Shown piece after piece: positions 20,821-35,199 of a stretch of 64,000 nt of DNA. The DNA lies in NCBI GenBank assembly GCA_039096225.1, contig JBBPEB010000024.1, positions 248,001 through 312,000 of the forward strand, written 5' to 3'. A program made the translations under genes and the position numbers. The notes beneath the pieces are model-generated. The model saw only the letters and a program-made list of their open reading frames with translations, searched no databases and was not told the origin of the DNA. Position 1 is the stretch's first letter. The number at the start of each line of letters is the position of its first letter. The DNA comes from Blastocystis sp. Blastoise (lineage: Eukaryota > Protista > Bigyra: Opalinata).

Positions 20821-23800
20821 GAAATACTAGAAATTTAAATACAAATAGAAATGAAAGAAGAATGAATAATGAAATGGAAATTGAAATTGAATCTGAGAAT
20901 ACTAATAATACTAATACTAATTCTAATCAAATTAATTCTTCTAATTCTAATACTTCTAATAATGATACTCAATCAGAAAGAGAATCTAATATTAATAATT
21001 CTAATAATAATCGTTCTAATACTCATTCTAATACTCATTCTAATAATAATACTCATAATAATAATAGATATAATAGAAATAGAAATAATAATACTACAAG
21101 AAATAATAATAATAATAGATTTAATTATAATATAAATGATGAGAATGAATTGAATGAAGAATTAATAAATTCAGAAATTCAATATTATAAGAAAGTATCT
21201 AAACTTCTTAATGAATGTATTCAATCTATTAATACATTTACTTCTCAAATATCTATGAATAATAATAATTCTATTTCTATTCAATCTTCTATAAATATAT
21301 TTATAGGTAAATTAGTAGAAATATATGAAATGAATACAGAAGAACCTATATTAGGTACAATATTAGAAAATCTAAATATATCAAATATTAATGAATCTAT
21401 TAATATAATGAATATAGATTTATGGAATGATAGTAAGAATTCATTAAATCATTTTAATGATAATTCAAAAAGAATGATTGAAGATTTATTAAAGAATAAA
21501 GAAAATATAAAGAATCATAGAGAAGCATCTAAAATAAGAAAAGACTTTGAAAATAATTCTAAATCTACTCTTCGTTCTCAAATATGGAATAATAATACTG
21601 GAGAACATTGTACTATTCCTCCTGATACTCTTACTCAATTATATTCTGAGTTATATTCCTCTCATGAATCTAATACTAATTCTAATTCTACTTCTCCTCC
21701 TCTATGGTTATCTACTAATATTTCTACTATACCTGAAAATTCGTCTTCTTTCAATATTATTAAATTTAAAGATGTTACTAGAATTCTAAGGAAACTTCCT
21801 AATAATAGTACTCCTGGTGCTAATGGAATTCCTTATGAAATCTATAAAAGAAGTACTTCTGCTAGATTATTATTAACTTATATCTTAGAAGTATGTAGAT
21901 ATAATGAAATTACTTTAAATAGTTGGAATGAATCTATTACTTGGTTATTAGATAAAGGAAAAGATGATAAATCTTCTTTAAATAATTGGAGACCATTATG
22001 TCTTCAAAATGTAGAATCAAAAATATTTTCTTCTCTTATAGTAGATTATATTAATAACATTAATAATTCTTATCATATTATATCTTCTTATCAAAAAGGA
22101 TTTACTCCTAGTGTAGCTGGTTGTGAAGATCTTAATTATATTCTTAGTAATATCATAGCTGATTTTAAATTAAAAAGACTAAGAAATTCTAATTTATTAA
22201 TTAATTTCTTAGATTTAGAAAAAACTTATGATACTGTTCCTCATAAGATATTATTAAATATTCTTCATATGATGAATTTTCCTAATAATATTATTAATAT
22301 AATAAAGAGTTGGTATGATAATGCTTCTACTAAAATTAGATATGATAATCATCAATATACTTCTTCTATTCATCTTCATAGAGGTATTCGTCAAGGTGAT
22401 CCTCTTTCTCCTCTATTATTTAATATTATTATAGATCCTCTTCTTAAATATATTAATAATAATAATAATATGAAAGTACAAATAAAAGATAATGATACTA
22501 TAATATTAGAATCAAATGCATATGCTTATGCTGATGATATAGTATTATTATCAAATTGTACTAATGATAATAATATTTTATTAGAAAGAGTAGGTGAAGT
22601 ATTAGATTATTATTCTATGAAATTGAGTGTTTCAAAATGTAAATGTATGGGAATGAAGATGAGTGATGATAGAAATAGAAAATTAGAATATACTATTACT
22701 CCTCCTATTTATAAGAATGAATCAATTCCTATAATGAATGAAGAAGAAACTGTAAGATATCTTGGTTGTCCTATTTCTTATATATATACAAAAAGAAGAG
22801 AATTTTGGGTAGATAATATAAAGAAAGTAAGTGAACGATTATCTTGTTTAAATAATAGTTTATTAACTCCTTGTCAAAAAATTAATGTAGTAAAACAATA
22901 TATCTTACCTTGTTTAGAATTCTTATTTAGAAATGGTGATATGAATAAGAATGATATTACTCTTATTGATACTACTATAAAACAATATATAATGAATTGG
23001 TTAGGAACTGGTACTAATCTACCTTCTCACTTCTTTAGTACTCCTATTAATAATGGTGGTTTAGGTATTATGCAATTAATTGATAGATATTATATAGGAA
23101 AGATATCTTTAATTGCTAGAATGGCTGTTTCTGATGATCCTCAAATTAGAAATATTCTTCAATATACTATTAATAAATCTTCATTAACTAATGATTTATT
23201 CATGATACCTAATCCTATTGATTACTTAGATAATAATAATGATAATAATAATAATATTCCTGAAAATCATAAGAATGATTTATTATTCTTTCAATGGTTA
23301 ATTAATGATAATCATAAAATAGTAAAAGGAAGAATAGAAAATGGTAATATAATAATACATGATACTCCTTATGAATCATTAACAAATTTCTTTCCTTATC
23401 TTCGTAAAGCTGTAGATGCTGCTTATAAACTTGGTGTTAATATAGCTTATATAGATCCTAATGATATATCTCTAGGTATTAAAATAAAATTAATAGATAA
23501 AGATATTCCTGAATTAAATACTACTATTCCTTATGAGAAAGTAAGAAGAACGATATGTAAAGAAATTAATAATTTATTGAAGAAGAAACATTCAAAACAA
23601 TTATTAAATAATTATGAGAATACTTATTATTATAAATATTTAGATAATAATATAGAAAGTAATAGATGGTTATTTAATGGTAAGAGATGTCATCCTATGA
23701 AATATTCTGCTTTAATTAATATAAGAATGAGAACAGCATTTACTGGTTCTCAATCTTTCTTATATAATAAGAAGAGATCTCCTAAGATTAATGATACTGA

Positions 23801-24468
23801 AGCTCTTTGTCCTTATTGTTTAGAACATAATAAGAGAGCTATTCATAATTTGAATCATATTCTTACTACATGTGATAGAATTACAGATAATAATGGAATA
23901 GGTGGATTAATTACAAATAGACATAATCAAATATTAAATAATTTATATAAGAAATTAATAAGAAAATATAAATTAGGAGAATATAGAATAAGTATAGATA
24001 AATCATTATCAACTTCCTTTGGTAATGATATATTCAATAGAAATATGAATAATCTTCGTCCTGATATAGTAATTATTCCTACAAATCCAAATAACAAAGA
24101 TATAATAATAGCAGATGTAGGTATAGCATATGAAGGATCTTCTAATCAAATAGATCCTCTTCAAACAATGAAACAGAAGAAAGATCATGATTATGATAAT
24201 GTAATAGAAATATTGAATAATAATGGTTATAGAGTGAGTAATTATTCTTTAATCTTTGGTTCTTCTGGAGTTATTCCTAAAGATACTTTAAATAATCTTA
24301 GAAAGATATTAGATATTTCTAAGAAGAATGTATCTTATTATGCTTCTATATTAAATAATATTATCTTAGATTGGTCATATAAATTCTGGTTAAAATCTCT
24401 TCCTGATAGTCATACTATTTCTACTCATTTAAGAGATTCTAATAATAATAATAATAATAATAATATTA

Positions 24469-24528
<60 letters not shown>

Positions 24529-24965
24529 TATCTCAATAATTTAAATTAATATGTCATATTAATTTATCTTTTATTGATATTTTATTCATTTACTTTCTTT
24601 TATTTTTAATTCTTTTCTACTATTCATTCTATATTATTTTAATACTTCATATTTCTATATATACTCAAAATCAATCATTTTCTTCTTATTTCTTCATTAT
24701 ATTCTTCTATTATCAATTCTATTCAAATATCTACGATTTATATGTAATTATCTTTATGTTAAATGAAGTCTTCAATTTTACTAGATTTTATATATATACC
24801 TTACATATAGTATTAATTATTAATTTTATTCAAAATTTTATGATTGTGTCCCAAAACACAATTAATAGTTGATATTATATTTATATATATATAATCAATT
24901 GAAATTTTTAAATTTCGAACTCTAATGGAATCAGGAAATCAATTTATGTTTTGGAATATATATAT
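19339..24965 (+). mobile_element. RLE-clade (R2/R4/NeSL-like) non-LTR retrotransposon, probably 5'-truncated; 3' boundary approximate
   Basis: Domain order of the ORF; ORF begins 9 bp after the MITE end, leaving no 5' UTR. Confidence 0.75.
19347..24539 (+). CDS. Single-ORF non-LTR retrotransposon protein (RT + zinc knuckle + restriction-like endonuclease), Asn-rich N-terminus
   Basis: NWRPLCL, FLDLEKTYD, GIRQGDPLSPLLF, YADD, YLG, GGLG; CPYC...H...C; RHN; RPD...D...K. Confidence 0.95.
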
Positions 24966-24972
24966 ACTTTTA

Positions 24973-25566
24973 GGGTTAAATCCCGATAGTCAAGTTTTCA
25001 GACAATCATTTTACCCGTTGACATTTGTGCCTTAATTATTTACGAGTTGACATTTGTGCCTTAATTTTTTACGAGTTGACAATTATAATTTAATTTTTTA
25101 CGAGTTGACAATTATAATTTAATTTTTTACGAGTTGACAATTGTGCCTTAATTTTTTACGAGTTGACAACTATGATTTAATTTTTTACGAGTTGACAATT
25201 ATGATTTAATTATCTACGAGTTGACAATTATGAATAATTTATTTGTATTTTTATTTTTAATATTTTCATGACTATTTTTAACAAAGAAACCTGAAAAAAA
25301 AATATTTTTCTTTAAAAAATCTGAAATAATTAAATTACTATTTTTAACTTATAAATAATTAAATCATAGTTGTCAACTCGTAAAAAATTAAATTATAATT
25401 GTCAACTCGTAAAAAATTAAGACACAATTGTCAACTCGTAAAAAATTAAGACACAATTGTCAACTCGTAAATAATTAAGGCACAAATGTCAACTCGTAAA
25501 TAATTAAGGCACAAATGTCAACTGGTAAAATGAATGTCTAAAAACTTGACTATCGGGATTTAACCC
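24973..25566. mobile_element. Complete 594-bp MITE/foldback element, inverted relative to 18829-19338
   Basis: TIR GGGTTAAATCCCGATAGTCAAGTTTT at both ends; ~28-bp subrepeats; central spacer is the reverse complement of that in copy 1. Confidence 0.9.
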
Positions 25567-26807
25567 ATAAACAATAAAGAAAAGATGGAAAAAAACATAC
25601 CTTTGAAATCAAGTTATTTCTGGTCAGCTGATCGTTATAGAAGAAGCTATATCTATAGAGTATAGTTTAAAGAGAAGAATGAAACATACTTAGAATCACG
25701 AAGAGAATCTGTGCTTATTTTTGAATAATTTGAGTTATATATACAAGCTATAGAATAATAGATATATAGGGAATGAAAAAAATACCATTTTAAAGAAAAC
25801 AACCAACTTTATAAATATTAATAAATATAAAGATTTTTGTAAGTGTTTTCTTGAAAAAAAGAATAAGCATGGCCCTGAATATGAATTTGTATGAATTTTT
25901 TTATATATAAGAAAAGTACTAAAATCCAGGGGTTATTTCGACTCTGTAATATTTTTAGTAAAACTTCACTTTGAAGTTAAGAAAAATGTATATATTGATG
26001 CTTATGTAATATGGTTGTTTATAAATATATAAATTGTACTCTGACAATGGTTTTAAGGTTACTGGTGTAAAAAACTTCCATTCTTGAAGGCAATTACTTT
26101 CATATTTGTTTTACTTATGAGCTTTATTGACATTGTAGTGTCGATTGATTGTCAGTGAGTCGTTTTGAGTCAAAATATATACAAATAATGAACTTTTATC
26201 AAACTGATTAACAAATACTGAGATAAAATATTTTATTATATTTATGTTTTCTTTTAATAGCAATACACTTGTAGAGATGAATAAGTGCAAAATTAGCTTT
26301 TAAAAAGCTTAATTGAATGGTTTTAAGGTTATTTTCAATAAATAAAAATATTTTCTAAAAATATTATAAATATATATATACAAGCTTTATTTTCAATTAT
26401 TTTCATTTAAAATCATATTAAAAACTAAAAGATTATTAATTATTATATATTATACAAAGAGAATAAATAAAATAATTTATTAATATTATAATAATAAAAA
26501 GATATATATATATATATATAATAAAAAGTAAATATAAAAACAACAATATAATATAATTACTTATAATAAGAATGAGTTAATAAATACTAGTTGATTATTT
26601 TAATTTAGGATAGATTTATATATATATAAAACATTTATTATATAACCTATATATATATATAATCCATGTATATAACCTATATGTACATATACGTATATAT
26701 TGTTCATTCTCCATTGTATATATTATCTTTTTAAAACAGGCTACTGATTAAGAGAAAGAGTAATTGTAGTAGAGAAAAGAATTACAATAATTATATATCT
26801 ATTTAAT

Positions 26808-26962
26808 CTATATAAATATATTTAAATAGATATAAATAAATATAAATAGATATAAATAAATATAAATAGATATAAATAGATATAAATAAATATAAATAGA
26901 TATATATAGATATAAATAAGTATAAATATATTTAAATAGATATAAATAAATATAAATAAATG
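26808..26962. repeat. ATAAAT/ATAGAT microsatellite
   Basis: Direct inspection. Confidence 0.8.
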
Positions 26963-27471
26963 AATATATATATACTGAAACATTCAACACATTCCTCGAT
27001 ATAAATAAAACTCTCTCATTTCATTAGTCTTCATTTCTATCTATTATTTTTATTATATATGTATATATTAATTAGTTGAAGAATTCAATAATTAAGAGTA
27101 ATTAATCTCATTTTAAGGCATTTATTTTCTACTTAAGTATATTAATTCTAAAGGTAAAAGTATAAGAAGAATCACGGAGAAATGATCTATTTATAAATAG
27201 ATATAATAGATATAGTATTCTAAATTGTTTGTTAAACGTATATAATAACATATATGTATATATATATATAATTTTATGTATAATAATATATACATATAAA
27301 TATAAAAAATGATATAATAATAATAACATTATATACTATAGGAGAGATAGTAGTACCAGAAACAAACAACATAAATTTCATTGAGTACTCAAGAAAGAAT
27401 AATGTATTCCTACACTATATATGTTTATATAAAAATAAATATAGACAAATACATATAGAATAGTAGCTAAA

Positions 27472-27509
<38 letters not shown>

Positions 27510-28408
27510 TATTGTATATACATAATATATACTTTATGTAAACTGTGTTTCTCTACAAAAGAAGAATCATAAATATATTTAACTATATATATATTATAAT
27601 ATAAATTAATAAATATATAGTAATTTTAATATATATACTTATATGAATAATTTCGAATTCTTATTTTATATTTTATTCATATCATAACAAGCACAATATT
27701 CAAAACATATATATAATATCTCCTTGTTGATTTAATACATATATAACTATAGATAGAGAAAGCTAAAATGAATTTATAATATATAGTAATATATAATGAT
27801 ATATATAAAGAATAATAATAGTAATATATATTTTATAATATACATAATAGTATGTTAAACCATATAAAACAGATTAACTAAAAGAAAAGACATTTTTGAG
27901 GGTTCATAGTAACTTCTCTACCACTTTCTTTTCATGATACTAAACTATATATAATAGATACATATAATAATATATTTATTTGGAAATATTATAATTAAAT
28001 ATATACTTTTATAATAATATGTTTAACTTGATATAATTCCAAATAAACTGAACTCGCAATAAATAGTGAGACTCTCTAGACACTAACCCATTCTTATTAC
28101 AATCGAGAGAAGTCTATCTATATCTATATTCATATATATCTATGAAATAAAAATAGTAATAATAAAGATAATAATAATATAATTATATATAATAATATAA
28201 TAATATATATATAACTATTTTTTTACAATAATAACATTAAAATGCATATAAATAAAGATATATATATAAATATATAATCGAGATTAATCCATATAAACAA
28301 AATTATTAATATACTAATTTTCCAAATCCTTTTATTAAAAGGAATAAACTTTTCTATATTTTTCCCTATGAGAATTTATTCAATTGTCTAGTTTCTATTA
28401 TACTGAAA

Positions 28409-28454
<46 letters not shown>

Positions 28455-28728
28455 AACAATATAATAATAATATATGTATACTAGGGTAACGCCGCTGGCG
28501 CACCGCCTAACGGCGACGCGCCGCGGCTGCGTTGTTCAGTTGGGTTTTAAAATTTTTTATTAAACTTTATAGAACAAAACCATTTTTTTTATTATAAACA
28601 TTTTAAAAACAAATAAAAAGTGAAAAAGTAAAAAATTAAAAAGAACAAATATTTAACAAACATAAAACAAATAAAACAAAAGAAACAAAAGAAATAAAAG
28701 AAGAGAGGAGAAAAAAAAAATAAAGCAT

Positions 28729-31700
28729 TTAATTATTTAGAGTAGACCTGAAGACCACGTTCTTAGTAAATATTTCATTACTACTACTAATCATCTTACC
28801 TTGAGAAACACTATCAACTACCTTAATAAAAAGAGAGTTGAAAGATCGGGCACGACTAAAAGCAACATAGAGTTGACCATGAGAGAAGACAGGACGATCT
28901 AAATAAACACCAACTCTTTCAAATGTTTGTCCTTGAGATTTGTTGATAGTCATTGCGAACGCTAAACGAATAGGAAATTGTCTTCTGGATATAATAATAG
29001 GAAGATCTTCAGGATTTGAATTACAGATAATTCTTGGAATAATAACAGTACGTTCATCAATAGTAAGAGAAGGAGGAGGATTTAAAATAGTAGCAGTAAT
29101 ATTATTTGATCCTAATCGAGTAACTATAAGTCTAGTACCATTACATAATCCTTTAGAAGGATTAAGATTTCTTAAAAGCATAATGATACAACCTATTTTT
29201 AAATTTAATATATGAGGAGGCATTCCAGAAGGTGTTTGAGAATTAATAAACTCGATAGGATAATTTGATTCTGGATCATCTGTTTCAGAATCAAGAATAG
29301 AATCAGAAGAGATATAAGGAGTAGTAGTTCCAGAAAGAAGATTATCTACAATGAAATCATTTAAAGTACCAACACAATCATTAGTAGAAGCTAATATAAC
29401 AGAAGAAGCTAATCGTTTAATATCAGAATCAAGAGAAGTATTGATTCTATGTCCAAATACAGTAACACATAAATCATCATTTACAATACATTGAGGAGGA
29501 ATAGGAATATAATCTATATCTAAATGATGACTAATAGTATAATTATTAGAAAGAACACCATCTCCTACTTGTAATAACCATTGTCTAAAATCATCTGCTC
29601 CTTCTAAAGCTCTCATATTTCTTGATAAATGAATGACATTATTCTTTATCGAATTCCATAAGGAACAAAACTTTATAGAAGAACTAACAATCTGAGCTTG
29701 AGTTCCTTTTCTTATAACTGGTAAACATTGTCTGAAATCTCCTCCTAATACTACTGTTTTACCACCAAAAGGAATATCTAATTCTGTATTCATTATATCA
29801 CATAATAATCTATGTACTACCATAAAGCAATCACCTTTCATCATAGGAGCTTCATCCCATATTATTAAATCAGCTATTCTTATTTCTTCTACTTTTCTTC
29901 TATCTCTAGCTAAATCTATATTTGAAGTAGAATCAGGATCAACATTCAAAGGAATACCAAATTGTTTATGAGCTGTTCTACCACCTGGTAATAAAGTAGA
30001 AGCAATTCCTGTTGAAGCTACAGGTAATACATTCTTATTATGTCCACGTAAATAACTTAATAAACTATTATATAAGAAAGTCTTTCCACTTCCACCTGGA
30101 CCATCTATAAAGAAACATAACTTATCTTCTATTCTACTACTTTCTATTGAATGAATTACTCTATCAAATGCATTTCTTTGTTCTTCATTTAATAATTCTA
30201 TTACTCTATTAGCTTCTTGTAATTCTAAAGTAGGATTATAATTATAATCATTATAATGATGTTGTTCTTCTACTTGAGGTAATCCTAAATCATTATAATT
30301 CACTCCTATACTTATCATCATCTCTTTTATATCTTGTAAAGTACGTATTTCATAATCTTGAAGAACACTATTAGTATCATCTTCTATAACACTTGATGAA
30401 TCTAAATCTTGAGCTAAAGGAGTATTTATATAATCTATTTCATTATTATGCATTGAATGTTTATAATCTTCACTAAGAAATGATTTAAATCGAATCCAAA
30501 ACTCTTTTACATTTGTTAATAATGATTCTGAAATATAAGTAATAAATAATTGTCTCAATTGACATGGAGTAGCAAAAACAATAGCTTCTGAAAATGAATC
30601 AAATACTTCTCTCTCATTATTCAATAATCCTCTTGCTATAGCTGCTTCACTAAAGGTTCTATAAGGTTCATTACGATTCAATCCTTTTACTATCTTCAAA
30701 GAATCAAAGCTATCAGCTCCTTTCGTATTCAATAATAATAATCTCAAAGCATATCGTTCTTTATCTTTTGGATTCACATAATACATTCTTCCTAAAGCTT
30801 TTATATCTCTCTGACGTCTATTCCAAGTATTTGTATTCGATTTCCATACATAATATTTTGGTATTTCATGATAAGCATAAATAGGATATTTCTCATCTAA
30901 TATTTTCAATAATTCTTCTGATATATTATCATCATCTACTTCATAACTATTTATTCTATTTATCTCTTCTAAACGAACTTGAATCAATTCTCTTTCTTCT
31001 TCTACATTATTCATATTACGAATACCATGCTTCTTCTCTATATAATAATAAGTATATATCTTTCTTTGATTCTGAACTTCTTTCTCTAAATCAAAGTATT
31101 TTGTTAATTTAGTACCTTTCTCTAAACTATTTCTTAATGCTTCTTCTTCGTGTCCTTCTCGAAATAATATATATGGATCATCAGGTAAATGAATAGGTAA
31201 TCTATTAATAGAAACAGAATTATAAGTAATTTCAAAACAATTCAAACGATAAGAAGCTTCAGGAGGAGAAACATATCGACAATCTAAATAAGCTTGAGTT
31301 TCATCTACTATTCCATTATCATTCACTCTTCTTAATTGAGCTATCACAGAATCATTTCCTTTTAATGCATATTTATATATATATTTAGTACTTTGAATAT
31401 TACAACAGACTTCTACATTAATATGAGCTTGATATTTCAATAATAAATAAGGATTATAAGGAACTACCCAACGATTATCAATAGTATAAGTATTATGACT
31501 ACGAATAAGAGTAATAGTTCTATCAGGAATATTTCTTCTTTGATATAAAGGATAAGAATTTAAATGACAATTAGTTTGCTCTATATATTCTTTTGGAAAT
31601 CTCTTACTACATTTACCTGTTGATCTATCAATACAAACACAATTCGTATCATAATCAGGACCACATGGACCATGAATCATATGTTTCTTAACTAATTCAT

Positions 31701-33735
31701 AAAGAAGAGGAGTTGATTCTTTATCGGGAATCTCTGCACTTATTATACTATCTACTTCATCTTCTGTTCTATATTTAGAATTCGTATCTAAAATAATTAA
31801 TATATGAGAATGTGGTAAACCTCTCTTTTGGAATTCTACTGAATATAATAAAGCTTCTACAGTACCAAATATATTCTTATCCTTTATATCAGAAAGCAAT
31901 TGTTTCAACTTTAAATGAAACACTCTTGAAACTAAATCTGGAAATTCATTAACAGTATAACCTTCTGGAATATTATTCTTTATTTCTAACCAATCTGGAT
32001 TGCAAGTAAATGTAATAAATAAATCAGGTTTACCATATTCTCGAACTACACTCATAGCATCCATATATTTCTGTTGTAAATTTCTTGGACTACCAACAAA
32101 AGAAGAAGGTAATATAATAGCTTTACCTATTCTATCTATATTTCTATCATTCTCATTTATTTGATCTCCTCTCTCTTCTAACATATTATTTATATTCTGA
32201 TAAGTTGAAGCTCTTAACTTATTTTGATTATTTCGTATATAATTAATTCTATTTTGTTCAACTCGGATATAATTATCAGTAATATATTGTAAAGTTAATT
32301 TCTTATATTTTAATAAATAATTATCATAAGGTGGATTTTTCATTTGAAGCATATAATTATAATATTCTAACATAGTAATAGTAATTTGATTAGAACGATT
32401 CAATGATAATAAATCTGGATACCAACCTTGTCTTCCAGTTGGAAACATAACTGGATAAACCATACAATCTATATATGAATTAGTATTCTTCATTACTATA
32501 TATTGACCTGAAGTATAACGATTCTGTTCATTATTACTATTAGTAGCTACTATTTCCATACCACTTCTAGGAAAACAACAATAACTTCTTTCTGGCATTA
32601 CTCCTCCTTCTCTATATTGATATATTACTGCTACTTCATCTACTTGAGGAGTATTATATCTTCTTATATCAGGTACTTCTCTTCTTTGTTTCTTAAATTC
32701 TATTAATAAATTAATATTACTTCTATTCATTTGACTATTCTCTTCTATTACTTCATCTACTCTTTCTCGAAGTGAATTATATATTTGAGCTAATGGATGA
32801 TATTCTCTTATTGTACTATCTAATATCTCTAAAATATTTGGTTTTAAATCACAAAAATATCGATTCATACTTCTCATATGAGTAGCTTCATCTCCATCTA
32901 TCATATAATATTGATTGAATACAGGATGTCTTGTAGGATCATTCACATCAAAATCTAAAGCACTCTTAAAAGTATGATATATATTACCTCCACATTTAAA
33001 TAATAAAGGTCCAGAAGAATTTCTTAAATCATCATCAGAAGTATTATTTCCAGCTAAAGAAGCTAAAGCAACAGAATTATTATATCGAATTATATTATTA
33101 ATAAATTCTCTTGAATCTGGATTATCTCTTCTTAATAAAGAACGAATAGTATTAGGAAGATCAGGAAGTTCAGGAAGAACTACTTTACCACTACCACAGC
33201 AAGTATAAAACTTATCATTCATTCCTTTCTCTAATTCAAAATGTTTAGCATGACAATATTCACAATGAACATTAAAATCACCTAAATAATTAGCTTTATA
33301 AGTATTCAATGCTTCATTTAATACAAAATCACCATGAGAATCTATATAAAATAATATAAAATAAATATTTATATATATAAATACTTCTTTGAATAGAAGC
33401 AATACAATTATGTAATCCAGGATATAATAATCTTTGTTGATTATCTATAAAAATAATTTATTATTTAATTATTTATAAAGAATTATAAAAAATAAATAGC
33501 ATACAAATATCTAAAGCTCTTCTTCTTCCTCTATTAATAATAGGATGAATAATTATATCTTCTTCAACTATAAATAAAATTTAATAAATATATTTAAATA
33601 ATAAAAAAACATACTATTATCTGTTATAGGTCTTCTAATAGTTCTTACAACTGGTATTTCATCATTATTTTGAGTATTACTATTAATATTAGGAAAAGGA
33701 TCAATATAATCAGAATCAGAATCATTATCAGAAAA

Positions 33736-33766
<31 letters not shown>

Positions 33767-34463
33767 TCACTTGAACTACTACTACTACTATTAGGTATTG
33801 TTGTTATAATTTCTGATTCATTATCATTATTTAAATTAATATGAGGAATATTTGTTAGAATACTTAAAGGAGGAAGAATAGGACTTAAATCAGGAATAGT
33901 TAAATAACTATTCATAATGGAATTAATAGATCTATTATTTCTATGTATTATTGTTTCATTATTATTAGTATTAGTGTTATTTCTTGAATGATTCGTATTA
34001 TCATTAATGATTGTAGAATTATTATTGTTAGATATACTTACATCAGTTGGAATAGTAGTAACAACAGATAAAGAGTGTGAAGAAGTATTAATAGAATCAT
34101 TATTATTATTAGAAACAGAAGTATTATTTTCTGTAGGTTGTATAATAGTAGTTGATATAGGAATAGATGAATTATTATTATTAATTTGACTTTGAACAAT
34201 AGATATGTTATTAATTGATTGATTAACTGGATTCATTTGATTGAATAGGTTTGAACCATTATTTAATATAGAATTATTATTATTTATTTGTGAATAACTA
34301 TTATCTATATCAATATCAATATTGTTATTTGAATTATTGTTTTGAATGTTTTGTAAAGGAATATTATTTTGAAAATTAAAAGTCGAAAACAAAGCTAAAG
34401 GTTTAGTGTTAAAACCAAATGATTTAGATAAATCATTATTATTTATTTTATCCTTATTGGAAC
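28729..34463 (-). CDS. Helitron RepHel (Zn finger + HUH Rep + PIF1 helicase), spliced: exons 34463-33615, 33567-33505, 33444-33385, 33341-28729; start exon lies further upstream
   Basis: EFQKRGLPHSH, YIYKY, GPGGSGKT, DEAPM, GGDFRQ, AMTINKSQGQT, HGQLYVAFSR. Three GT-AG phase-1 introns keep the frame open. Confidence 0.92.
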
Positions 34464-34549
34464 CTATATATACTAGGGTCACGCCGCAGGTCCGGGGCCT
34501 AACGGCACCGGACCGCGGCTGCATAAAATAATAACAGTTTGGCTTTTAT

Positions 34550-34715
34550 TTTCTTTTTTTCATTATTATATATTATCTATTATATATTATTATTTATTAT
34601 CTATTATATATTATATATTATATATTATATAATATATAATATATTATATATTATATATTATATATTATATATTATATATTATATATTATATATTATATAT
34701 TATATATTATATATT
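34550..34715. repeat. (TATATTA)n microsatellite
   Basis: Direct inspection. Confidence 0.85.
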
Positions 34716-35199
34716 ACTTTAATAACACTTCTTATACTCTATATGGAGAGTTACAATCATTTATTGATTGTAATCAGGTTCAATTCCTGATATAAGAATT
34801 AAATAAATTCTTTAAATGATATCAAAAAAACTAAAAACAATACTTGAAAGAAAATTAAAAAACTATTTTGAATCATTATACATATTATTTATTATTTTTA
34901 AAATATATTTTGTATTTATTAATAATTAAACAACTGTTTTAAACATTTTGTGAGTTTTTAAAGTCAATAACTTTAGAAATGAGTCACAATGTGAAGAACT
35001 CTGAAGTATTTTTAATTCATAAAAGTTATTTAAATAAACGTAATATAATGATTTAAACTCATTTTCATACTTTTTAAAAGAATTAGAAAGCTTTAATCAT
35101 AACAAAGTCAGCATTCATTCTAACTTTGACTAATAAAACATGGTTTAAAAAGTTAATATTTCTTCAGTTGTCTCAAATACTTATTTTAATCATAAATGA

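Noticed and set aside
20478-21789. Ile-rich alternative-frame ORFs (similarly 26808, 27129, 34539, 40490, 55867, 60122, 61963)
   Set aside because: By-products of AAT/AT microsatellites and AT-rich introns.
26700-28410. Minus-strand exon-like fragments (also 43500-43870)
   Set aside because: Splice-like signals are present but I could not build an open frame or recognise a domain.
33342-33402. TTG start of the RepHel ORF
   Set aside because: 33342-33384 is an intron and 33385-33402 is read in a different frame; the gene continues in upstream exons.
34464-34524. N-terminus MQPRSGAVRP of ORF 33568-34524
   Set aside because: It reads through the nested Helitron's 3' hairpin; the real exon starts at the acceptor at 34463.
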